In this document: in pieces, positions 19,966 through 29,227 of the stretch
Numbering within the stretch: position 1 is the first letter of the stretch
How the letters are laid out: each line of letters opens with the position of its first letter
Assembly (NCBI GenBank): GCA_965649825.1
Contig: OZ287719.1
Span: forward strand, 107,309 to 171,308
Direction: 5' to 3'
Length of the DNA stretch: 64,000 nucleotides
From: Penicillus capitatus
Lineage: Eukaryota; Plantae; Chlorophyta
Position numbers and translations under genes: made by a program
The notes under the pieces: generated by a model
What the model was told of the DNA's origin: nothing
The model's database searches: none
The model's input: the letters and a program-made list of their open reading frames with translations, nothing else

Positions 19966-20356
19966 ACCATGGCGCGCATTTCGTCTTTTGTCGTTAGGGC
20001 GGTTCTACTGGTGGGTTCTTGCTTCCGGGTTTCGGCTCGGAACATAGAATGCCAAATACCGGGTCAGTGCTGCCAGGCTATAAGCCGCCGACCCGGCCCG
20101 TCGGTGTTGCGAGGCATCCCTTCGGGAGGTGCTGCTGACCATCACCTTCCCGCCATGGTTGGCGCAAGCAAAGGTCGTTGGACGCTGGATTCGGAGTGTT
20201 CAAGGCGTGTTGAACAGGCGGCGCGTAGCGGGTGCCTAAGACCATCACACCTACTCCGAAATTTGCGCTCCGCCGCACGCTTAAGACATACGGCTCCACT
20301 GCGCTAATGCCGCGCCGCCTTCGGGTGACGCGTCACTGGTTCAGTGGGGAGGGTGG

Positions 20357-20465
20357 GCTTGGGGTCATCCTAGCCAATCCGGATCTTTCCGGATCGCGTC
20401 GAGGGTTTTGGTGCCACGACGCGAAGGGGTCTGACGAGACGGGTGGCGCCGTCGAAACCCTAAGT
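20357..20465 (+). ncRNA. Hammerhead ribozyme HHR-2 (type III, stem I closed by a branched loop)
   Basis: GCUUGGGGU C / AUCCU AGCC ... AAGGGGU CUGACGA GACGG-GUGGCG-CCGUC GAA ACCCUAAGU. 9-bp stem III GCUUGGGGU/ACCCUAAGU; loop I holds hairpins AUCCGGA/UCCGGAU and CGCGUCG/CGACGCG; predicted cut after 20366. Confidence 0.85.
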
Positions 20466-20639
20466 CTTCTGTTTACGTGTCGTCCGAACCGCGCGCGCTC
20501 GAATTACGCGTTCCATTCACGCTCTCCGTGTCGGAGCTTAGCCAATGTCTAGCACACGGGGTAGATCCGTCGACCGCGTCCGCGGTTTTTCTGTTCCGAC
20601 GAGTCGATGTCGCGTTCTGGTTCGCGCCGAGACGCGGGA

Positions 20640-20716
20640 AAGGGGTCTGATGAGACGGATGGCGCCGTCGAAACCGCAGAGTGCTGCTCCGTTGCATTCG
20701 GCGGTCGCCCTAGCCA
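20640..20716 (+). ncRNA. Hammerhead ribozyme HHR-3 (type I)
   Basis: AAGGGGU CUGAUGA GACGG-AUGGCG-CCGUC GAA ACCGC-A-GAGUGC-loop-GCAUUC-G-GCGGU C / GCCCU AGCC; predicted cut after 20706. Confidence 0.88.
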
Positions 20717-21756
20717 GTCGTTTTATTTTCTGTCTCTTTTTCGCCTGTATGTGTCTATGTTTCTGCCCACGTGCGTTAACACCACCTGACCTTTACAACC
20801 GATTACAAGGCAAAAAGCATATGTGTGTATGTATACATGCTCCCCACTTTCGTTCGGTTTGTTTATTCATCTGCCGTCGTGTCCACTCAGTCTTTTCAGC
20901 GAATGCTGTCCTATCGAGACGTCGTCTTCTGTCGTCGACGCCGCGCCACATTAGACAGACTTTGTCAGCAAAGCGACCGCTGCCAGATGCAACACACCTG
21001 CAGGAAAGTGTCACTGTCGCGTCATTAGGCACAGAACCCCTCTCACCGTCGTGACCAACACCGTCTTGCGTTTTGCTAGGATGCCTGCACAGTGTCCTTC
21101 GTTGTCCGTCAATGCACACAGGAGCACCGTGATGACAAGGATGAAGCGAAATGTTCTTTGGGCGTTCATGTCCATGCCGCAGAGGTTGTAAAACATCCAC
21201 AGTTCCATCATCGAAAGAGTGGTGAATGCCCAAGTAGTCTGCGAAGACCAAATCGATGTTAGTCACTTGATCGAATGCTTTTCGTCTGTGTCGAAGTTTT
21301 TCGACTATTCGTGAAGCGTGGGGCAGACATATCACAAGTTTCCTTGCTCTGTGCCCGGCACATCAATCGGCAGAATCAGGGGCCGCCGGTCTTTGTTTTG
21401 TTTCGCGATAGTTTTTCGGTCTGTCTGCTTTGTCTCGTTACCAGTCTGACTTGAGCTATGCACGAACTTTTGAGTCTTGTCAAGTGTAGCGTGTCATATT
21501 GTTTACGTCGGTATAGGGCGTGTGCAAACGTCCAGTCAGCGCGAATCGGCGCGGACAGCGTGCTTGCGGGAAAAGACTATCAATCTAGATATCGCACACA
21601 TGTGCGACGGGCGGACAACACCTGAATAGAGTGTGGAGAACCGACATATATAGTCAATCGTATGCACATAATAACCCAATCGTTGGGCGCGCGAAACAAA
21701 ACTCATGTGAAATATAGAGGATGGATGGATGCCATTCATTACATACCAACGTTTCG

Positions 21757-22195
21757 GTTCGACTTATAAAGATCGAACTCAAGTTGACAAAGAAAAGGCC
21801 AGAAAAATAAGTCCGAATAGAAATGGCCCGTTCGATTTATGAGGACCGAACTCGACTTGGCAGTGAAAACGGCCACGGCATAAAGCCCGGCAGTGAATGA
21901 GACTCATGTCGACAAAGAAAAGGCCAGTGCAATGAATCCGAATGGAAACGGCCCGTTCGATTTATCAGTATCGAACTCGACTTGCCAGTGAAACAGCCAG
22001 AGAGATGAATCTGAATGGAGCCGGTTCGATTTATAAGTATCGAACCCATCTTGCCAGATAAAACAGCCAGAGAGATGAATCTGAAAGGAGACGGCCAGTT
22101 CGACTTATGCCTGTCAAACTCGACTTGCCAGTGAAACAGCCAGATGAGGCCCGTTCGATTTATCAGTATCGAACTCGACTTGACAGTGAAACAGT
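21757..22195. repeat. Degenerate repeat array with six embedded palindromes GTTCGAY-N8-RTCGAAC
   Basis: Palindrome copies at ~21757, 21830, 21955, 22024, 22098 and 22153, usually followed by TCGACTTGCCAGTGAAACAGCCA. Confidence 0.85.
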
Positions 22196-23142
22196 CACGG
22201 CGTCAAAGATACCCGGATACCTTCCGATACCTTCTGATACCTTTATCCAATTCATGCCCGTCACGAACCCTTGCAACCATTCGACTCACGGACACAACGT
22301 CTCTTCCGTTGCCGCCGGCAAACAAAACGTTCGGAACTTTGTCTCGAATGGGCGCTTTCCAGTCTCGTCGGCATCCCAAAACAAACGGCACAAACCAGTC
22401 CCTTGGCGATCTGACCGTCCGTCCACACTTCCGTTCCCGCATTCCCTAGACCAATTCCCAGCGCCTCCGCACTAGACCTACCGCCGGATGCAAACCCCGT
22501 GGAGCGACATACCATACCGTCTAGTCTGCCACTCTCCCTTGTGGACACCAACGTCTTCCTCAAGCTGACGACGAAGCAAAGCTCCGTAGCGAAACCGACG
22601 CAAGAGATTCACGGACCACGGCTCTTGAGAAAAGAATCCACGCAGAACACCCGAAGCGTGCTTGCAGTGGAACGGCAATACAGGAAAGAAAAAACAACAA
22701 GCCTACGACACACACCGATAGCGGAAAGACGGCGCTGGCGCGGGAAAGAAAAAACCACGTTTCCTACGAAGACACACAAGAAAAGAAAAAACGCGCGTCG
22801 AGCCATGGCGATCGCAGAACTCAAGGTCAGCACGCCGCAGTCAACCGAGGAACGTGGCCCACGGCAATCCGCGTTCCCAAGCCGTCATCACCCCACGCTC
22901 TCCACTAATCGCACACCTAGGTCGTCGTGCTTTGGCCTCACCGCGTAGTCGCCATCCATATTCTCCCCTTTATCACTCATCCGAGTTACGCATCAGATCG
23001 CCAACTCATCCTCTTTTGCCGACCCTTGACATCTCTTCTCTCCTCGCCCGCCCATCTCGACAAAGCTCCGCCTTCCACGCGAGAAGCCCGATACAACCTC
23101 TAACGAATCCTAATCCGCATACCGGACCGCTGCATCGGTCAC

Positions 23143-24414
23143 CTATCTTCTGGATCTCTTTCCAGAATCCCTAGATGACCCCTCCGCCTCACCGACGCCC
23201 TTCCGCTTTGCATCGGCCGCTTTCTTTATGTCCGACATCCGCTGTTCACGAGCCCGTGTGCTCCGTAACCCGTAGCGTCGCTTTGCCTCTCTTTCCCTTG
23301 ATACCTCTTCATCGTAAGATGATTCCCAAGAACGACGTTTGGAACCGCGGCCCCTAGATACCGGCTCTTCCACTTCCATAACCGTGTCCCCGTCGTCGTC
23401 CACGTTCCCTTCTTCTCCGTCGACGACTGTCGGTATTCCTTGCACCACGTTCACAGGCGTCCCCTCGGCGCCCTCCTCGACGTCCGCCGGCGTCCCGTCG
23501 GCGGTTGACGCCATCGGTATGCCTTGCACGACGATCACGGGTGTCCCGTCGGCGATCTCCACGACGTCCGCCGGCGTCCCGTCGACGACTGTCGGTATGC
23601 CTTGCACGACGATCACGGGTGTCCCGTCGGCGATCTCCACGACGTCCGCCGGTGTCCCGTCGACGATTGACACCACCGGTATGCCTTGCACGACGATCAC
23701 GGGTGTCCCGTCGGCGATCTCCACGACGTCCGCCGGCGTCCCGTCGACGACTGTCGGTATTCCTTGCACCACGTTCACAGGCGTCCCATCGGCGATCTCC
23801 ACGACGTCCGCCGGCGTCCCGTCGACGACTGTCGGTATTCCTTGCACCACGTTCACAGGCGTCCCATCGGCGATCTCCACGACGTCCGCCGGCGCCTCGC
23901 TGGTGCCCGGCACAGCCAGGCTTATCAAGAAGCTCACGAAATTATGGGCCAAGTCCACGAAGTCCTCTGATGCACGGCGTTCGTCGGGCGCTGTGCTCAT
24001 GAGGAAATCAACTGTTGAACTCAAGTATTCCACGAAACGCAGCGTTCTTAGGAATTCGTAGTCGTCGTTGGCGTCGGCGACCAAGTAGTTCGACACCGCA
24101 GCTTGCCATAAAAGGTTAGCATAGTCCGCCCAGGTGCGAAGTTGCACATCACTAGGGCCAGGTTCGTCCGCTCCTCCTGCTACACGTCGCGGAGCCAGTT
24201 GCCGGCTGACGTGAAGGACCGCCAGAAATCTATCTGGGTCTGTCCCTTCATACGGTGATCCTATGTCCTCCTCGCCGGGCACGTATGCAGTAAACGTGTC
24301 AAAAAGAGCCGACTGAAGGGCGTTGAAGAACACGCGGTACCCCTCACGTTCGACCAGTTGGTTGTCCAACGCTTGCAGAACGCTATGAATAAGCGACGAC
24401 ACGGACGAACTCAT
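23143..24414 (-). CDS. Orphan protein (~423 aa from MSSSVSS) with six 26-aa tandem repeats and a basic, NLS-like tail
   Basis: ORF 23143..24573; repeat GTPADVVEIADGTPV(N/I)VVQGIPTVVD with a 78-bp period; C-terminus RGSKRR...KRKG...GKRSRR; no recognised domain. Confidence 0.6.
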   Translation of the reverse strand: MSSSVSSLIHSVLQALDNQLVEREGYRVFFNALQSALFDTFTAYVPGEEDIGSPYEGTDPDRFLAVLHVSRQLAPRRVAGGADEPGPSDVQLRTWADYANLLWQAAVSNYLVADANDDYEFLRTLRFVEYLSSTVDFLMSTAPDERRASEDFVDLAHNFVSFLISLAVPGTSEAPADVVEIADGTPVNVVQGIPTVVDGTPADVVEIADGTPVNVVQGIPTVVDGTPADVVEIADGTPVIVVQGIPVVSIVDGTPADVVEIADGTPVIVVQGIPTVVDGTPADVVEIADGTPVIVVQGIPMASTADGTPADVEEGAEGTPVNVVQGIPTVVDGEEGNVDDDGDTVMEVEEPVSRGRGSKRRSWESSYDEEVSREREAKRRYGLRSTRAREQRMSDIKKAADAKRKGVGEAEGSSRDSGKRSRR

Positions 24415-24566
24415 CGTTGTTTTTTTTGCAGAAAAATCCGAGAACCAAACGCCAATAGCGCTGAGGGCAGTTTCGGCAAAAAGACGCGAAACGGCAAACG
24501 GCAAATACGCGGAATAATTGTACGGCGGTACGCTTTTATACTCGCGAAATGCAATTACGTAAAATC

Positions 24567-24740
24567 TTCTCATCTACGGTTATGTCACGGAACTCGCATC
24601 GCGACGGCTGACGGCGGCGAACCTTCTCAGCTACGGTTTTGTCCGTCCCGGAACTTTCTCATCTACGGTTATGTCACGGAACTCGCATCGCGACGGCTGA
24701 CGGCGGCGAACCTTCTCAGCTACGGTTACGTCCCGGAACT
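24567..24740. repeat. Two 89-bp direct repeats upstream of the orphan ORF, followed by a CCAAT motif and an (ATCA)n tract
   Basis: TTCTCATCTACGGTTATGTCACGGAACTCGCATCGCGACGGCTGACGGCGGCGAACCTTCTCAGCTACGGTT at 24567 and 24656; ATTGGCTGATTCGAC at ~24757; ATCAATCAATC at ~24830-24851. Confidence 0.85.
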
Positions 24741-25515
24741 CGAACTCGCATCGCTATTGGCTGATTCGACGGCAGAACGATGTGACGTCCATTAATCAAC
24801 GGCGTCGCCATTATGGATGATGATCGATCGATCAATCAATCAATCAATCAATAGCAAGCCAATTAATGGAATTAGTAGTCAGTCGATCTGCCAGTCTGGC
24901 GTCGCGTAGACTGTTTGGAGGATTTTACATCGAAGAATCGTATAAGAATGAAACTTTTCAAAGGCAAAGCCTTACACAAACGAAAGTCAAGAACTGTAAT
25001 TCTGCAATGCTTTTATTCTGTTGAGTGATGTCACATCGAGGCGGATGGGTGCATGCGTTTCTAACGATACAGACGAAGGGTCAGCGATGAGGGAACGTGT
25101 GACCGAACGACGACGCATCACGGTCGCCGTTACAGAGAAAACAAAAGAGAATGCAAAAACAGCAAGGAAAAGAGGACGAGACAAATCAACTAGCTATTCG
25201 ATACGGTCCTCGGGAAGAAGTAATGGCGACAGTGGGAACACCTTCACGTGTATGCCTTCCTAAAGCGACATCACACACCAATGCATCTCCTTAGGGAGTC
25301 GCATCCGAAGCGCCAGTCGCTAAGAACTCCGTGCGTAAAATCAAGATCGTTCAGATCATCGGTCCCGCGCTCGAGAAGCGACAACTTGATGCTTTTGATC
25401 TCCAAGGCAGCGACGCGGCGAAGATGAACGGTCCTTCCGGATGCAGGAGGATATGTATGACGACTCTATGCGGATGCCGCAGATCGGGATCACCGTCCGA
25501 CAGCAAGCAAAGCTG

Positions 25516-26850
25516 TTACATCGACAGCAAAGACGAACATCGAACGGTCTGACACAGAGAGAAAGACAGGTAGCTAGCTTCGTGTGATAGACAAAAAAGC
25601 AAAACAGTTTCAAGAGAGAAACACTGGTACGACATGACGGTAAAAAAACAGGTAAGTGGTGGGCGATCTGTCTCTGAACCTCCAGATCTGGTCCATTCCG
25701 AAAGATGACGTGTGTTTGGTGAATCGGAACCGGTCTTTGCACTGGGCTCCATGTCCTCTTCATCGAGACGCGTTCTCTTCTTTTTCGCGCCGGCGTCGAC
25801 GAGAATCTAAACGCAAGAGCCGTATGTGATCGAGTACAGACAGCGAGCGCATGATGTCACCTCGGCAAGGATCGGGTTGCCATGACTGGCTGCAGCGGAG
25901 ATCGGCGTGCGCGATTCCTCGTCCTTTGAATCAACGTCGGCCCCGGCATCGACGAGCTCCTACGATGGACACGCCCGTCTCGATCGTTTTATGCGTGTGC
26001 TCTCTCGCCAGTGTGATTTCGGCGTGTCCATAGAGTGCCGCTTGATGAAGCGCGGTCCTCTTTGCCAGAGTTATCGCCTCGACGTCGGCATCGACCGTCA
26101 GGAAATACTGCAACCGCTCGTCACCGCAGGCGCGTTGTCACTTGATGCAATGACGCACTTGGACCATACGCAGATTCCCCTTCGACACGGCATCGTAGAG
26201 CGGCGTCCTTCCGACAGTATCACCGCCGTTGGTATTCGCTCCGCCTTTGTACAAAACCTGCAACGATGTGCTTGCGCCGCCATTCTTTGCTTTGAGACGA
26301 GGAGGCACCTATGCGGTTTCGACGTCCCCATCGAGCGCCGCCTCATGAAGCGACGTCTGATCGCGCCGGTCGGCCCTCAAAGACACATAGATGCCAAACC
26401 ACATCGCTTTACCGCTGAAGACGGACGTACATCTCGATTTCTTCAAGCCACGGTTTCAGGATCTTGGCGAACGTCGCAGGAGAAACGATGGTCCTGTCTG
26501 TGCGAGACTCCTGTCACAGTCTGTGTGAGGAAGTTCACGATTCGTCGCATCGTCGACGGAGAACGTGGTCGAAAGCGGCGCGATCGCATCATCCCCCAAC
26601 TCGCATTTTGTTGCATACTTCAAGCATCTGTGTTTCTTCGGCTAAAAGCCGTAGAATCTCATCTTCCCCCTTTACTCAGGTAGTGACAACTGAATAAGGA
26701 TTAATGCGTTCCATCGAGATATTATGTAAACAGTCTCGACAATTCCTCTCAATGGAACATGTTGGCCAAAAAACAGATGACAACGCAAAAGACAACGAAG
26801 GACAAAAAACTCTCAAGTGACAAAGGCGAACGGTGCCGGACATCCACAGA
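25516..26850 (-). pseudogene. Chimeric ankyrin paralog (G3-like 5' part fused to G2-like ANK exons)
   Basis: 25790-26371 matches 3890-4480; 26368-26720 matches 6712-7060; the junction lies at a shared GGTC. Confidence 0.55.
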
Positions 26851-26999
26851 AGAAAACGCTGGCTTTCAGCAAAGATAAAAGCTAAAGCAGTGCGGCGAGG
26901 CACCAGTGTGACGCACGGAAGCACACTTGGACGAACTTGCAAGTGTCAGATGCAGTCAGATCTTCAGTACTTTTGGCAGAAGTGGTTGTGTGTTGAAAT

Positions 27000-28560
27000 T
27001 TAAGGTCTGCTAAGAAGATATGCAATGCCACATAGAAGAACGAGCAAGAAAACAACAAAGCCAAGGGAACAAACAATCAGCACAACTCGACGACTGTCAT
27101 GACGTCTGTTTTCAGCGCCGGGATTTAACAAGGACCGAAGCGTAGCCATCTGATAATCGGAACAATGCGCATCCGAGAAGAAGCACAAGAAGTCGAGTGG
27201 AATATTTCCGCCGTCGTTCCTCGCTTTCTTCGAGGCGCCGTAATCGAGGAGTACCTGTCAATGCACCTTCCTTCCCTTAACTGTGGACGGATCGAATGCC
27301 TCACCTGAACAACCTCGACGCATCCTGTCGCTGCTGCAAGATGTAGTGGAGTATTTCCATAAATGGTTTTCGCTTTAGTATTGGCACCTGCTTCGAGCAA
27401 AGCCTGCACGACAGCTGCGACAACGGACACGCCTTTTGCACGTTGGCGCGCACTTTCGCTGTTTCTGCTCTCGCGCTGGCGTCTTTTATTCCTCCTTCAG
27501 GCATCGTTGCTGCACAATGAAGTGCAGTCACACCGTTAGAATCTCTCGCTTCGATGTCCGCGCCTTGTTCGAGAAGACGCTGCGCAGAAGACCATCACTA
27601 AGAAACATCCTCGCGCAGCCAGACACACCTTCACACGGTGCGCATCTCCTTGCAGTGCTGCCAAGTGAAGCGGCATCGTTGCATAGACTGCAGTCTCATG
27701 GTAGTGGACACGGCGCTCGAAGAACAACTACATCGTCAGTTTCCGTGGGTGTACTGAACCTAGGGTTACGCGGCGCCTGTCACCTGTGCATTCTCATCGT
27801 TTATCTCGAAGGCTGCGATGCTCGAGGGAATGTCTCCCGTATTCCCTTCCGCGGACAACTGGGCACCTTTAGGCAACAACAAGCTCGAGCGCGAGGTGGG
27901 ATGATTTAACCGGCGTTACCACGAGTGCTGGATGTCGCGCGGAGGAGAAGAAGGAAGCAGAGCCACGTCGTGTACAGAACGACGCGTTTCATTTTTTCTC
28001 GAGCTCAAGCGCCAGAGACCGCGACGAAGAGAATCCGTTCTCTGGCTGAAATGCGAAGCTTAAGTCAAAAAGCAACATCTCGGCTGCATAATTTTGAATT
28101 TACAGGCCTTCCGAGTTGCCATACGAATGTACGGACGCCATGCGCGCCTCTCCTCCACGTCTATTTGCGGAGCATGTCGCTGAAAACAACGTCGGGCGTG
28201 TTTTTCCTGCACGGCTGGAGTGCGGGAGAGTGACCAGACGACCTTCTGTGCTGCATGAAGCCCCACAGAGTCGCCCGTACTACTTTCGCAGTCTGGCGAC
28301 GTTTCGCGTTCCGACGGCGACATGGGCATCATTCGCCCAAGAGCGAAATATCTCCACTATTTTGGATACATCGTGTTCAGTTGCAGCTAAAGAAGACCTT
28401 CCGTCGTTGTGGAAGCGAGAAGAACTTCGGCAATTAGACGGGGACAACATCGAATGGTCCATCCAAATGGACAGCTTGGACGGCGAATCTGAGGCGATTA
28501 CAACACGGCCTGACGTGTTACACACTTCTTCCGCTCACTGTTTGTTCCTGGTTAGCGCTT
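27000..28560 (-). CDS. Ankyrin-repeat gene G4 (older paralog of G1) with a C-terminal TM helix; 5' end unresolved
   Basis: IVEIFRSWANDAHVAVGTRNV resembles G1 NVKIFGVLENDAHVAGGNRNT; ANK exons VQALLEAGANTKAKTIYGNTPLHLAAATGCVEVVQ and MPLHLAALQGDAHRVK; last exon ends VVLIVCSLGFVVFLLVLLCGIAYLL. Confidence 0.55.
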
Positions 28561-29227
28561 TTTGTGTAGAACCACGTGCCCGGGAAGTATCGACAGCTTC
28601 TTGGATCCGGGATGCTGCATCAGAGTATGTGGCCCGACACAGGCGATCGAAATATGAACGAGCAGAGAAGAGGCGTGGAAAAAGATAGGCGATGCCCTAG
28701 ACTTCGACTTCCAAACAGAGGAGGTAGGGAAGTTTGCATTCCCGGCTAGACCTCGCCCGCAGTCGAAGGAGTCAATGCGACATCTCAGTAGAGATTTGGT
28801 TTGTGATCTCGCAGAAGAGCTGATAGAATTCAAAGACGCACTGTCAGACCGATCGTCACGACAAGCGCGCGGGATACCGCATACATAGCTGTTAGCAAGG
28901 TTGACCTTGAAGATCTGAAAGGTAAATTGCTCGGGTGCAGGATTTATGCTCTACGCTGAATGGCGAGTCTAAAGTACTGGGAAAGGAATGATCGACAGAT
29001 GTCCAGCCGAGTGGTGTGAAAAGATTTAATCATGCTTTTGCTTTCGGCGCGAGGTGACCAAGACTCCTTGACGCGCAGAGCAACACTCAGAACAATTGAC
29101 AACTTTACTCGAAGTTGAACAGTCGAGATGGAGCTTTATACGGCAGCTCCATTAAACGTGCCTAACATGTGGATGACAGGCCAAAACAGGATAAGAGTGT
29201 AATAGGAGACATCCGCAGTTGTAACCT

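Larger units (their letters stand above)
7174..21169 (-). pseudogene. Duplicate of ankyrin gene G1 (G1'), fragmented by LTR elements and inserts
   Basis: 7295-7963 matches 1-669; 9766-10603 matches ~665-1506; 17404-17510 matches ~2262-2370; 20889-21175 matches ~2820-3110. Last exon MLLDKGASTTAEDVDGRVAYDCLCIVGLFCTIPDEIVSRMKPDGHFF-TAA ends at 7174. Confidence 0.7.

Noticed and set aside
17510-20889. Autonomous Penelope-like element
   Set aside because: No RT or GIY-YIG ORF in the interval, and the ribozyme flanks are not repeated as pLTRs. A non-autonomous relationship remains possible.
23339-24061. Plus-strand 240-aa Thr/Ser-rich mucin-like ORF
   Set aside because: Antisense shadow of the GC-rich repeat region of the longer minus-strand ORF.
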